This document shows positions 37,149 to 47,426 of a DNA stretch of 64,000 nt, one piece after another. The translations under genes and the position numbers were made by a program. How positions within the stretch are numbered: the first letter of the stretch is position 1; every line of letters begins with the position of its first letter. The DNA comes from Candidatus Latescibacterota bacterium (lineage in GTDB: Bacteria; Latescibacterota; UBA2968), in assembly GCA_965208125.1 (NCBI GenBank), contig OZ242320.1, positions 4,832,001 through 4,896,000 of the forward strand, given 5' to 3'. The notes beneath the pieces were generated by a model. It ran no database searches. It had not been told where the DNA came from and worked only from the letters and a program-made list of their open reading frames with translations.

Positions 37149-37652
37149 TCAGATATCTTCGGTTTTTGGAGTGATGCGAAAGCCCAGGCGTTCGTAGAGG
37201 CGCACGGCGGGTTCACGCCAGAGGGCTGTGTTGAGATAAGCGTCGGCATACCCGCGTGCAACGAGTTCTTTGAGGGCGCGGAGTGAGAGGGCATAACCGA
37301 GTCCATGCCCCCGGTATTTGGGATCGGTACCAACCCAGTGGATGAGGCCAACTGATTTTCCTCCGTAATGGGCTTCCCACGCGCTGGCAGTTGCTACCAT
37401 GTAATCGCCTTTGAGAGCGACAAAAATGCGCTTGTAATCGCAGCATGGTTCATGGGTGAATGTGGCGTGAAAATTGTCGGTGGTCCAGGGTTTTCCGCCT
37501 TCTTCGCCAAAAGCTTCATTTTTCATGCGGACCCATTCTTCTTCCTCGCCGGGCTGAAGCGTGCGAATTGTAAAGCCTTGGGGGACTGTGTATTCGGGTA
37601 GCGGTTCGCTTAGAGATCGACGCATGCGAATGCCGCTTGTGCGATTATTCAT
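37149..37652 (-). CDS. GNAT family N-acetyltransferase
   Basis: VGTDPKYRGHGLG acetyl-CoA motif, AVRLYERLGF. Confidence 0.9.
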   Translation of the reverse strand: MNNRTSGIRMRRSLSEPLPEYTVPQGFTIRTLQPGEEEEWVRMKNEAFGEEGGKPWTTDNFHATFTHEPCCDYKRIFVALKGDYMVATASAWEAHYGGKSVGLIHWVGTDPKYRGHGLGYALSLRALKELVARGYADAYLNTALWREPAVRLYERLGFRITPKTEDI

Positions 37653-37655
37653 AGT

Positions 37656-38666
37656 CTAAAAATCCAGGAATACGGTTGCCGGACGATTGTTTTCAATGGA
37701 TTCAATTATGGCGCAGCATACGGCGACGGACCGCGCACCATCAACCGCGTCGATCAGCGGTTTTTCGCCACTTTCAATGCAGGATAGAAAGTGATCGAGT
37801 TCCTGGGGGCACGTATGGTCTTCTGCGCGTATTTCAATTGGGAGCTCAGACCATTCTTCGACGTGGGGCATACCGCCGATGAAGAGTTTGTTTTTGTGAA
37901 TAGACCCTTTGGTGCCGTGGTAGCTGAAGTTGAGGTTATAGGGAATTTCAGCACCGCAGGAAACCAGACATTTGCCCAGGGCACCGGATTCAAATTTTAA
38001 GTTTGAGATAACCGTGTCGTACCAGGGAACATTGGGAATATTTTTGTTCACGCCATACGCGCTGACTTCAACGATTTCTCCGGCGAGCCATCGCATGAGG
38101 TCCAGGGGATGGCAGGCCCCGCCGATAATGGGCAGTTGGCCTTCTTTTTCCGTGTCCATCCACCAGTCGTGACCGGGCAGGGGCAAGAAGGGTTTGAGGT
38201 CGTGGATGTAGTCACTTTCTACAAAACAGGCTTCTCCCAGCGTGCCGTTGTGAATAAGGTGGTGAATGGTTTCAAATATGTTGCTAAATCGCGCGCCGTG
38301 ACCAACCATGACTTGTCGTCCGGACTGTTTGGCTGCATCGACGATTTTTTGACAGTCTTCAACTGTAACGGCGAGGGGTTTTTCCACAAAGACATGCTTG
38401 CCCGCGTCGAGCGCGGCGACAGCTTGATCTACGTGTTGTGAGTTGGGCGTGCAGAGATAAATGATGTCTATTTCGGAATCGGATAGGACGTTTTCGTATT
38501 CTGTCGAGATTTTATCTGTGCCGTATATCGCTTGCAGATCTTTCGCGACCTGTTCGCTGCGTGGCGTTGTACATATTGTTCGCAAATGTGCATTGGGATG
38601 CGCTGAGATGGCTTTGATGTGTTCGCCACCGATATAGCCCGTTCCTATCACGGCAATCGCATTCAT
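37656..38666 (-). CDS. Gfo/Idh/MocA family oxidoreductase
   Basis: IGTGYIG, GKHVFVEKPL, GACHPLD. Confidence 0.9.
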   Translation of the reverse strand: MNAIAVIGTGYIGGEHIKAISAHPNAHLRTICTTPRSEQVAKDLQAIYGTDKISTEYENVLSDSEIDIIYLCTPNSQHVDQAVAALDAGKHVFVEKPLAVTVEDCQKIVDAAKQSGRQVMVGHGARFSNIFETIHHLIHNGTLGEACFVESDYIHDLKPFLPLPGHDWWMDTEKEGQLPIIGGACHPLDLMRWLAGEIVEVSAYGVNKNIPNVPWYDTVISNLKFESGALGKCLVSCGAEIPYNLNFSYHGTKGSIHKNKLFIGGMPHVEEWSELPIEIRAEDHTCPQELDHFLSCIESGEKPLIDAVDGARSVAVCCAIIESIENNRPATVFLDF

Positions 38667-38700
38667 CGGAAGACCTCCTGTAGTTGTCCAACAAAGCGCA

Positions 38701-38742
38701 AAAATGTAAGATTGAAAATGTAAAATTAAAAATTAAAAATTG
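38701..38742. repeat. Six imperfect 7-bp tandem repeats
   Basis: AAAATGT AAGATTG AAAATGT AAAATTA AAAATTA AAAATTG. Confidence 0.7.
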
Positions 38743-38777
38743 GGCGGTATGTTAAACTAATATGCGAGAGGTGGAAT

Positions 38778-40154
38778 ATGGCACAAGAAAATCGACCAAA
38801 TGTGTTGTTCATTTCGTTTGATGATTTAAATCACTATGTGGGATTTTTGGATCGCGCCCCAAATGCTGTGACCCCTCATTTTAATCGGTTGGCCGAGCGA
38901 TGTATAGTATTTGAACGCACGTATTGTCAAGCGCCGATTTGCAATCCCTCGCGGGCGAGTTTGATGAGTGGGTTGCGGCCATCCACTACGGGTGTTTATA
39001 ACAATCGACAGCCGCTCAGATTTTCGGAAGCGGGGAGAAATTGTGTGACATTGCCGCAGCACTTTCGGCAAAATGGCTATTTTACAACGGGCAGTGGCAA
39101 GGTATATCACGGCAAATTTCCCGATCCAATGTCGTGGGATTCTTATGTACCGAGTTTGTTTAATCAGTCGCATTCCGGCGCAGAACCCGATCATCATCCC
39201 GTAAATGGCATGAAGGGTATGGGCAATCTGGACTGGGGACCGATGGATGTTACCGATGAAGATATGCAGGATTACAAGGCTGTGAGTTATTGTGTTGAGC
39301 AATTGGGGACCAGGCATGACAAACCCTTCTTTTTGACGTGTGGTTTTAAGCTGCCGCATTTGATGTGGCATGCGCCGAGGAAGTATATAGAGGCTTATGA
39401 TCTGAATGATCTCCATTTGCCCGAGACACTGGAGAATGACCTGGACGATGTTCCCGAGATCGCGCAGCGATGGGCCAATCAAAAACCGCATGCACGTATC
39501 GTGGAAGCGGGGCAATGGAAGGAAGCGATTCGGTGTTATCTGGCGTGTATCAGTTTTGTCGATACGCAAATTGGACGATTGATAGATGCGCTGGATGCAA
39601 GTGCTTATGCAGAGAATACAGCAATTGTTTTGTGGGCAGATCACGGGTGGCATTTGGGCGAAAAAAGCCATTGGAAAAAGAGTACGTTGTGGGAAGAGGC
39701 CACGCGCGTACCCTTGCTTATTTCAGCCCCGGGTTATTCGCCTGGCCCCTGTTCAGAGCCAGTGGGATTGATCGATATTTATCCCACGCTAATTGCGTTG
39801 TGCGGCTTGCCCGTCCGCGAGGAATTGGAAGGCCGAAGCTTGGTGCCACTGATGGAAAATCCCAATCGCAACTGGCCCTTTCCCGCAATCACCACACATG
39901 GGCGTGGCAATCATGCGGTGCGGTCCGAGCGATGGCGATATATCCGTTATGCAGATGGATCAGAAGAGCTTTACGATCACAGACATGACGAGATGGAATG
40001 GAAAAATCTGGCGCATAGCCCTATGTTGGGCGAGGTTAAAGAACTTCTATCACAGTGGTTGCCAGAGAATAATGCGCCGGATGCTGAGATTGTTGAATGG
40101 CCTGATGAGACAGAGAGTTATCGATCGAGGATCGAGGCGATGATGGACGAATAG
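38778..40154 (+). CDS. Cys-type sulfatase (iduronate-2-sulfatase/choline-sulfatase-like)
   Basis: DDL, formylglycine motif CNPSRASLMSG, GKVYH, DHGWHLGEK..W.K..LWE. Confidence 0.92.
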   Translation: MAQENRPNVLFISFDDLNHYVGFLDRAPNAVTPHFNRLAERCIVFERTYCQAPICNPSRASLMSGLRPSTTGVYNNRQPLRFSEAGRNCVTLPQHFRQNGYFTTGSGKVYHGKFPDPMSWDSYVPSLFNQSHSGAEPDHHPVNGMKGMGNLDWGPMDVTDEDMQDYKAVSYCVEQLGTRHDKPFFLTCGFKLPHLMWHAPRKYIEAYDLNDLHLPETLENDLDDVPEIAQRWANQKPHARIVEAGQWKEAIRCYLACISFVDTQIGRLIDALDASAYAENTAIVLWADHGWHLGEKSHWKKSTLWEEATRVPLLISAPGYSPGPCSEPVGLIDIYPTLIALCGLPVREELEGRSLVPLMENPNRNWPFPAITTHGRGNHAVRSERWRYIRYADGSEELYDHRHDEMEWKNLAHSPMLGEVKELLSQWLPENNAPDAEIVEWPDETESYRSRIEAMMDE

Positions 40155-40182
40155 ATAAAGGAGAATACAAGCTGATCGCTCC

Positions 40183-42162
40183 TCACCATCCATGCACTAT
40201 ATGGCCTGCGTCGGGAAACCAGATGGCATCGACGCCTGTGGAGATGCCAACGCCAAGCAAGTATCCGATCATGAGGCCATACCAGAAGGGCAGGGATTTT
40301 CGGTAGAGCGCGACGCCGCCAAAACGCATGATGAGTGCTTTGGTCGCCCACACAACGAGCAGACTAAAACCATAGCGGCGGGTGGGAAAGGCAATGGCTA
40401 CGGGATTAAAGGGCCACCAGGAAAAGCGCGTGCGTATGTAAGTCAAAAAACCGGCTATCGCAAATCCCCAGAGCCACACGCCCAATTTTTCGATGTCGAA
40501 GTAGAGTATTGTCGAGCCTTCTACATAAGGCACCAGGCGCACGAGATGGTTCCAGTCGCCCAAATAGAGTGGTCCGTTCATTCCGCCGTCCATGTAGCTG
40601 CGATATAGCGAATCGGTAGCGGTTGTGATACAACCCGTGATGTAGGCTATGGGAATGATGGCCCAGACCATGGGGTGCCGCTTGAAGTGGTTGCCCAGCA
40701 TGCGAAAGTAGTGGGGGACAGACATGGTGGCGGTGAGGCGAATGGGCATGCCAGCAAAGCCATTGCGGTTGATCATCCAGATTGTCGTGAGTGTTCCGGG
40801 CGACATGTTGGCCGTGCCACCCATTTGCATCCACACAGTGCCTCCCTTATCGGCACCCAGTCCGCCCGTACCTCCGGGGGACAAAAAGGTGAATCCGGTT
40901 GCTGCGGCGTATTTGGCAACGCCGAATAGCGCGATGAACATCAAGGTGAGTTGCACTATGGTTGCCCACAGTTCCATGCCTGCGGCCAGACACCAGCCCG
41001 CGAGGAATATGACCGAAGCCGCGAGGCCGAGCCAGGCAGTTCGATAGGTGACTGGTGTTCCATCGTCTGCGGCTCTGTTGCTCATCAGCGCACATTCGAG
41101 GGTGTTTTTGAGGTGTTTGCGCGATACCCATAATGACCAGGCGACGAGAAAAACGAGTGCGCCGTGGGATTCGAAGCTGAGTATTTCTGCCGGTGTCGCT
41201 TGCTGTCCCTGTAACCCCACGGTGATGCCAGTTTGGTTCATCAGCCCCTCTTTGATAATATTTAGGACATTGTAAAACCAAAAGCTGAAGAGCAAGTCGA
41301 GCGGGCACAAATAGGCCAGGCCCATTATCAGGGGCTGCATGCGTAAAAAATATCTTGGATAGTGATAGCCGATGTTTATCGCCATTTGTCCAGCGAGGTC
41401 GTAGATGGGAATATGCGGCAGGGTGTGGACAAAATAACCCGCGATATTCCAGCAGATCACAAAGGTCGAAATGCCAAACCCCACCCAAAATAGGGGGGCG
41501 TGAAAGACGACAGGCAGGCGATAGCCGGGTTCTTCTCGCAACATTTCGGTGGGGAAGGTGGCCATAGGAAAGGTGAGACGCTCTTTTTCATGCCACTGTT
41601 TGAAGAATAAGACGCTACAAAAAAAACCGGCCATGACCACGGATAAACAGGCGGCAGTCCACCAGAAGAGCGGACGGATCCACGGTTGCCAGGGAATAGA
41701 TGTGTTGGGTTCTAATCCCCCGTAGAGTTGTCCGATGACCACGGGCGATTTTTGCATAAAGAGCCAGTCGGGTAGCAGGGGAGCAATGACGTCGCCCACG
41801 CGGTTTTCGGGCGATGCGAGGTGTACCGGGGCAGAGATGTTGCCCAGGAGATAGCCCGCCCAGCCCGTTGTAGGCAGGTTGCCCACGAGCCAGACCATGA
41901 AGAAGATGGTCAACATTTCCGTGCGCGATAAGGCGCGTTTTGGCGCGACGAGTTTGAGTATGGCGTTGATGCCAACCCATGCGACAAAAGGGATCAGAGC
42001 CGATACGGGCATGTAGTTTTTTATCATGTTCCACGCAAAATGCGTGATGTAGATCGTCATGAGGGCAATGGTCAAGATGCCGAGCATGACCGCGCGTACC
42101 GTGATTCCTCGATCCTGTACATCGGGATGGGTTTCTGGAGATATATCTGTTTGTATGGCCAT
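40183..42162 (-). CDS. Large polytopic membrane protein (DUF6785/DUF6784-type, transporter-like)
   Basis: Many TM segments. GITVRAV, QWHEKERLTFP, DLLFSFWF, WWPFNPV, K..I.RFGG..LYRK..P. Confidence 0.75.
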   Translation of the reverse strand: MAIQTDISPETHPDVQDRGITVRAVMLGILTIALMTIYITHFAWNMIKNYMPVSALIPFVAWVGINAILKLVAPKRALSRTEMLTIFFMVWLVGNLPTTGWAGYLLGNISAPVHLASPENRVGDVIAPLLPDWLFMQKSPVVIGQLYGGLEPNTSIPWQPWIRPLFWWTAACLSVVMAGFFCSVLFFKQWHEKERLTFPMATFPTEMLREEPGYRLPVVFHAPLFWVGFGISTFVICWNIAGYFVHTLPHIPIYDLAGQMAINIGYHYPRYFLRMQPLIMGLAYLCPLDLLFSFWFYNVLNIIKEGLMNQTGITVGLQGQQATPAEILSFESHGALVFLVAWSLWVSRKHLKNTLECALMSNRAADDGTPVTYRTAWLGLAASVIFLAGWCLAAGMELWATIVQLTLMFIALFGVAKYAAATGFTFLSPGGTGGLGADKGGTVWMQMGGTANMSPGTLTTIWMINRNGFAGMPIRLTATMSVPHYFRMLGNHFKRHPMVWAIIPIAYITGCITTATDSLYRSYMDGGMNGPLYLGDWNHLVRLVPYVEGSTILYFDIEKLGVWLWGFAIAGFLTYIRTRFSWWPFNPVAIAFPTRRYGFSLLVVWATKALIMRFGGVALYRKSLPFWYGLMIGYLLGVGISTGVDAIWFPDAGHIVHGW

Positions 42163-42287
42163 TTTTGAAAAGGGAAGTTGAGGCCGAGTGAAAGGTGCTT
42201 TAATGACAGGGCAAAATAGGGCGAAGGTCAGAAGTTTTCAACTTAAATTTCTGTGAATCCATGGGGTGATCCCATGAGGAGGTTGTT

Positions 42288-43154
42288 ATGGACGTTTATG
42301 AGAAGTATTTTTTTGATGTGAATGGATATCTGGTAGTGGAGGATATTTTGTCTCCCGATCAGGTCGCAGCCCTCAATGAGGCGATTGATCACAATCGGGA
42401 CAATATTCGAATTCGCGAGGGGGAACTAAGGTTGTCGGGTGGCGCGGGTCAACACGGTAGTGAGGTTTCTATCGCACTGGAAGGATCACATGGACGAGGG
42501 GATATCGGAAGTATTTTGAGATGGCCGAAACCGTGGTGTCAACCCTTCCGAGATTTGCTATCCCATTTGCCAACGATGCGCTATATGCTCGATATGATCG
42601 GCAATGGGTTTCGCTATGGCAATGCCAATGGAATTAGCATGACCAAAGGGGCAGAAGGGCATTTGCTTCACGGCGGCGGTGGGTTTTTGGGCGGACATAT
42701 GTATTTCTGTAAGGATGGGAAGATGTGGAATAATCTGATTGCTGTGTGTTATCAGCTTGCCGATGTCAATCCCGGCGACGGTGGGTTTGTGTGTATTCCC
42801 GGCAGTCACAAGGCAAATTTTGAATGTCCGACGGATGTGCGCCGAATGGAGCGAGATTTGGGGTGTTTTAAACATATTCCCATGAAGGCGGGATCAGCGG
42901 TAATTTTTACCGAGGCATTGACACATGGCGCAATACCCTGGACTGCGGACCACGAACGACGGACCCTGTTGTATCGCTATGCCGCGGGGGGGTATGTCAA
43001 CCCGCCCAGTGGCAATGATCCCGCGAAATATGCGCCGTTTATGGATGAGTTGACACCGCTCCAGCAGGCTATTATGCAACCCCCACACAATGCGGGGCGT
43101 ATAGATATGGTCGCGCTGATCGAGGCAGAGAAAGAAGCAAGTGCTAAAAACTGA
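42288..43154 (+). CDS. Phytanoyl-CoA dioxygenase (PhyH) family protein
   Basis: FDVNGYLVVE, LHGG, GGFVCIPGSHK, FTEALTHG, RRTLLYRY. Confidence 0.88.
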   Translation: MDVYEKYFFDVNGYLVVEDILSPDQVAALNEAIDHNRDNIRIREGELRLSGGAGQHGSEVSIALEGSHGRGDIGSILRWPKPWCQPFRDLLSHLPTMRYMLDMIGNGFRYGNANGISMTKGAEGHLLHGGGGFLGGHMYFCKDGKMWNNLIAVCYQLADVNPGDGGFVCIPGSHKANFECPTDVRRMERDLGCFKHIPMKAGSAVIFTEALTHGAIPWTADHERRTLLYRYAAGGYVNPPSGNDPAKYAPFMDELTPLQQAIMQPPHNAGRIDMVALIEAEKEASAKN

Positions 43155-43155
43155 G

Positions 43156-43184
43156 TTGACAGGCTGTTTTTTTATTTTTATAAA
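43156..43184 (+). promoter_or_regulatory. Putative sigma-70 promoter of the Mo-hydroxylase operon
   Basis: TTGACA-17 nt-TATAAA. Confidence 0.6.
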
Positions 43185-43224
43185 TGTTCAATGCAGATGC
43201 AAATAGAAAGCATGAGGAGGTTCT

Positions 43225-43869
43225 ATGAATACAAATTTCACTCGCGAGGTCGTTTTTTCGGATGATACGGCAATGGAGCGGGCGGGGATGTCCAGGCGCG
43301 ATTTTATCAAAGGGATTATTGCCACTGGCGCGTCCATTTCTGCGATGGGATATGTGTTTGGAGGCTGCGCGGGTGATATGGGTAGCGCGCCGGGTGCGGT
43401 TGAGCGGCTCATTTCTCTCAATGTAAATGGTCGCGTGCGTCGCGTTGATGTTTTGCCGCAGGAAACGCTGGCGATGACGTTGCGGTACAAACTGGGGCTT
43501 ACGGGCACAAAGCTGGGGTGCGACCGGGGTGAATGCGGTGCGTGTACAGTGCTGGTCGATGATGTGGCGATGTATTCGTGTTCGACTTTAACCCACCGCG
43601 TTCGAGGCCGTTCGGTTGTTACTGTTGAGGGCCTTGAAGGCGAAGATGGCGCGTTGCATCCGGTTCAGCGGGCATTTATTGAAGAACTGGGACCTCAGTG
43701 TGGATTTTGCACGCCGGGCCAGGTGATGTCTGCGGTGGCACTGCTGAAGATCAATCCGGATCCAACCCGAGAAGAGGCGCGAGTTGCAATGTCTGGAAAT
43801 CTTTGTCGCTGTGGTGCTTACGATAATTATCTGAACTCAGTAATGCGCGCAGCAGAGGAGGCTTCTTAA
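43225..43869 (+). CDS. Mo-hydroxylase 2Fe-2S subunit with Tat signal (PaoA/YagT-like)
   Basis: SRRDFIK twin-arginine motif. GCDRGECGACT, QCGFC, NLCRC. Confidence 0.92.
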   Translation: MNTNFTREVVFSDDTAMERAGMSRRDFIKGIIATGASISAMGYVFGGCAGDMGSAPGAVERLISLNVNGRVRRVDVLPQETLAMTLRYKLGLTGTKLGCDRGECGACTVLVDDVAMYSCSTLTHRVRGRSVVTVEGLEGEDGALHPVQRAFIEELGPQCGFCTPGQVMSAVALLKINPDPTREEARVAMSGNLCRCGAYDNYLNSVMRAAEEAS

Positions 43870-46266
43870 ATGGCATATCAATTGATTGGCAAGGATTTTA
43901 CGCCGCCAGATGTGGCGGCAAAGGTTACGGGTAAGGCAAAATACGCCGAGGATTTTCGCGCCGAAGGCATGGTGTTTTGTCGCTTGCTCCTGAGCACAAT
44001 GCCCCATGCGCGCGTTCGCAATATTGATGTGTCCGAAGCGATGAAGATGAAGGGCGTTTTGGGTATTTTAACGGCTGATGATGTGCCCGAGCAAAACGCG
44101 CCGAACAATCCCATTTTGACAAATAATCCCCATTATGTAGGGGACCCGATTCTGGCAGTTGCCGCGCTCGACGAGCAGACGGCACAGGATGCGATTGATA
44201 AAATTGCGATTGATTATGAACCCCTTCCCTTTACGCTCGATCCTCTGGAGAGTCTCTATCCCGGTGGCACAAATGCCCGCGAAGAAGGCAATGTTCGCAA
44301 CCGGCGTTCGGGAAGCGAGACAATCAAATGGACTGCTGGCGATTTTGTCGATAAGGATGTGTGTCCGACGGGCAAACCCGCAACTGAATGGTCTTATGGT
44401 GAAGTTGATCAGGGGTTTGAAAATGCAAAATTGATCGTGGATGAAAGCTTTGTCACGGCAAATAATCCGCATCATTCGATGGAACCGCGGTCGTGTATGG
44501 CCTTATGGGAAAACGGCAAGTGTTTCGTATATGGCGCAACGCAAAGCCAGAGTCGTCCCACGCGCGATCTTGCCCGTCTCCTGGGGATGGAGTCTGAAGA
44601 TCTGGTTTATATCGCGGAATACTGCGGAGGTGGCTTTGGCTCCAAAGGCACGGCGTATCCCGTGATGGCTATTCCGCCGCTTATGTCCAAAAAAGTTGGG
44701 CGCCCCGTGATGATGCGTATCAGTCGCGCGGAAGAGTATTTCATCGGGTCTGCGCGCCACGGTTTTCAGGGGCGAATTAAAATTGGTTTTCGCAGCGATG
44801 GGCGGATCAGTGCGCTGGATATGTACGTGATTCAGGAGAATGGTGCTTATCGCGGCGGTGGGGATTGGACCGCTGCTGGCGATGCGGTTTCGCTGGTTTA
44901 TACGCCCGAAGCCATGCGCTTCCGGGGGATTCCCGTATATACCAATACGCCGATTAGAGGAGCGCAGCGCGGTCCTGGACAAAATCAGATCGCCTGTGTA
45001 GTTGAACCCCTGCTCGACAAGGCCGCCGAGGAACTGGGCATTGATCAACTGGCGATTCGGCGCATTAATGCACCCGATAACGATTCGAAATACGGGCGCA
45101 GGCAAGGACCTGTGACGAGTGTTTATATGCGCGAGGCACTGGATAAAGGCGGGAAGGCTTTTGATTGGGCAGGGAAAAAGCAAAAAAGCCGTCAGAAGAG
45201 TGGCTCAAAGGTTATTGGTGTGGGGATTGGACAGGCTTATCACGCCGCGGGTTCAAATGGTTATGATGGTCTGGTGCGCCTGACGCCAGAGGGCAAGTTG
45301 CACATTCATTCGGGTGTTGGCAATCTCGGCACCTTTTCGCACACTGCAACCTCTCTCGCAGCCGCCGAAGTGTTGACGTGTAAATGGGAAAATTGCGTGA
45401 TTGAACGGGGCGACAGCCGCCGTCATTTGCCGTGGAACCACGCACAGTGGGGGAGCAATACCTCGTTTACGATGACGCGCACGAATTATGTCGCGGCTAT
45501 GGATGCGAAGAACAAATTGCTGGAGATTGCGGCAATGGATCTGGGAGGCTCTCCCGGCGATTACGATCTGGCTGATGAGCGGGTTGTGCATAAGGCGGAC
45601 AAATCCAAAAGCATGGGATTTGCAGATGCGGCAAAACGCGCAATTGAACTGGGGGGTAAGTACGACGGCCATGAAGCTCCCGAAGATATTCACGACATGA
45701 CAAAAGCCTCAGTGGCTGCACTTGCGGGGACGGGTTTGATCGGTGTTGCCAAAGACAATCTGAAGCGCGAGGGCGTTGTCCCTGCGATGGCTGTCGGATT
45801 TATCGAGATTGAATTGGATCTGGAGACTGGTAAATACGAGATTTTGGATTACGTGGGAGCTGCAGAGTGCGGCACAGTGCTGCATCCACAAGGTCTGGAG
45901 ACGCAGATCAAAGGCGGCGCAGTTATGGGTTTTGGTCTGGCTGCGCTGGAGCGGTACGTATATGATCCGCAAAACGGCCTTCCCGCAAATACAGTGCTCT
46001 ATCAATGTAAGCCGCCGTCGTATCTCGATGTCCCATCTGAGATGAAGACCGAGGTGGTCGATATCGCCGATCCTCAAAATCCAGTTGGTGCTAAGGGAAT
46101 AGGCGAGCCTGTGCAGGGTTGTGCCGCTGCCGCGCTTTTGTGTGCGATTTCAGATGCGCTGGACGGGCATTATTTTAATCGCATGCCAGTGACGACCGAT
46201 CATATTGTCAATGCAGCCGCAGGTCGCGAACAGTCGTATAAGGCGCTGCAAGTAAATACGGTGTGA
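43870..46266 (+). CDS. Xanthine dehydrogenase family molybdopterin-binding subunit
   Basis: KVTGKAKY, GGGFGSK, QRGPG, GAKGIGE. Confidence 0.93.
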   Translation: MAYQLIGKDFTPPDVAAKVTGKAKYAEDFRAEGMVFCRLLLSTMPHARVRNIDVSEAMKMKGVLGILTADDVPEQNAPNNPILTNNPHYVGDPILAVAALDEQTAQDAIDKIAIDYEPLPFTLDPLESLYPGGTNAREEGNVRNRRSGSETIKWTAGDFVDKDVCPTGKPATEWSYGEVDQGFENAKLIVDESFVTANNPHHSMEPRSCMALWENGKCFVYGATQSQSRPTRDLARLLGMESEDLVYIAEYCGGGFGSKGTAYPVMAIPPLMSKKVGRPVMMRISRAEEYFIGSARHGFQGRIKIGFRSDGRISALDMYVIQENGAYRGGGDWTAAGDAVSLVYTPEAMRFRGIPVYTNTPIRGAQRGPGQNQIACVVEPLLDKAAEELGIDQLAIRRINAPDNDSKYGRRQGPVTSVYMREALDKGGKAFDWAGKKQKSRQKSGSKVIGVGIGQAYHAAGSNGYDGLVRLTPEGKLHIHSGVGNLGTFSHTATSLAAAEVLTCKWENCVIERGDSRRHLPWNHAQWGSNTSFTMTRTNYVAAMDAKNKLLEIAAMDLGGSPGDYDLADERVVHKADKSKSMGFADAAKRAIELGGKYDGHEAPEDIHDMTKASVAALAGTGLIGVAKDNLKREGVVPAMAVGFIEIELDLETGKYEILDYVGAAECGTVLHPQGLETQIKGGAVMGFGLAALERYVYDPQNGLPANTVLYQCKPPSYLDVPSEMKTEVVDIADPQNPVGAKGIGEPVQGCAAAALLCAISDALDGHYFNRMPVTTDHIVNAAAGREQSYKALQVNTV

Positions 46267-46281
46267 GAAGGGGGAAATGAG

Positions 46282-47271
46282 ATGCTCAAAGATATGATGG
46301 CTAATTTTGAGTTGTATCAGCCCGCGACGATAGATCACGCGCTGAATTTAATGGATCGCTATGGCGATGACGGTTGGGTTCTGGCAGGCGGTCAGGATAG
46401 TTTTGACTGGTTTAAGGACCGCGCCAAGAAGCCCCAAGCAGTTATCGATATTAACGGTATTGATGATTTGCATGGGATACGGGAAACAGCCGATGGGATT
46501 GAAATTGGGGCGTTGACCACGCTGACAGAGATTGAGACAAGTGCCCTGATTAAAGAGAAATACGGCGTGTTGGCCGATGCTGCGCGACATGTTGCCAGTC
46601 CACAAATTCGCAATGCGGGAACGATTGGGGGCAATGTCTGTCAGGATACGCGGTGCTGGTATTATCGGTATGGTCTGGATTGTTATCGGGCGGGCGGGAA
46701 TACATGTTATGCCGATACGCCCGAGGGAATTGACCGCGAACATTGTCTTTTTGGGGCAGATCGGTGTATCGCTGTGTCGCCTTCAGATACTGCACCCGCA
46801 CTTGTTGCCCTCGATGCGCGTATGGTGGTTGTAAATGGCGATGGGGAAAAAGAGGTGCAGGCAGAGGACTTTTTTATTGGTCCAGATGTGGATATTATGC
46901 GCATGACGATTTTGCAACCGGGTGATTTGCTCAAGTCGATTGTGATTCCCAACACATGGGCAGGCGCGCGTTTTTATTTTGAAAAGGTGGCCGAAAGGAA
47001 CACATGGGATTTTGCGCTGGTCAATATTGCCTCTGCGATGAAGGTGGATAACGACGCGATTGCCGATATCCGAATAGCCTGCGGCGGTGTTGCCTGTGTG
47101 CCGCTGCGCTTGACGGTTGTGGAAGAGGTGGTCAAGGGCAGTCCCCAAAATGGCACGTCTGCCGATCTCGCTGCGAGTGCGGCAAGCCGAGGCGCCACGC
47201 CGCTGAATTACAATGGGTTTAAGATTCCTCTGATGGAGAGTCTGGTCAAACGGGCAATACGAGAGAGTTGA
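46282..47271 (+). CDS. Mo-hydroxylase FAD subunit with 4Fe-4S insert (PaoB/YagS-like)
   Basis: LAGGQD, ASPQIRNAGTIGGN, CQDTRCWYYR...C.....C, SPSD. Confidence 0.92.
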   Translation: MLKDMMANFELYQPATIDHALNLMDRYGDDGWVLAGGQDSFDWFKDRAKKPQAVIDINGIDDLHGIRETADGIEIGALTTLTEIETSALIKEKYGVLADAARHVASPQIRNAGTIGGNVCQDTRCWYYRYGLDCYRAGGNTCYADTPEGIDREHCLFGADRCIAVSPSDTAPALVALDARMVVVNGDGEKEVQAEDFFIGPDVDIMRMTILQPGDLLKSIVIPNTWAGARFYFEKVAERNTWDFALVNIASAMKVDNDAIADIRIACGGVACVPLRLTVVEEVVKGSPQNGTSADLAASAASRGATPLNYNGFKIPLMESLVKRAIRES

Positions 47272-47426
47272 TGGATATTTTTCGATATACCAGCGATGCC
47301 TGGGGACAGCGGGTTTTAGAAGGTCTTTCGTGGGACCTGATCGGATATTTTGCAGGTGCTGGCGTTGTGTTTATTGTTTTGCATGCGGGTTATATGCACT
47401 TTTTTGTGAAAAAAAACGGTCAATGA
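47271..47426 (+). CDS. 51-aa single-TM protein, probable N-terminal part or partner of the cytochrome b (not in ORF track)
   Basis: MDIFRYTSDAWGQRVLEGLSWDLIGYFAGAGVVFIVLHAGYMHFFVKKNGQ. Its ATG overlaps the upstream TGA and its stop overlaps the next ATG. Confidence 0.7.
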   Translation: MDIFRYTSDAWGQRVLEGLSWDLIGYFAGAGVVFIVLHAGYMHFFVKKNGQ

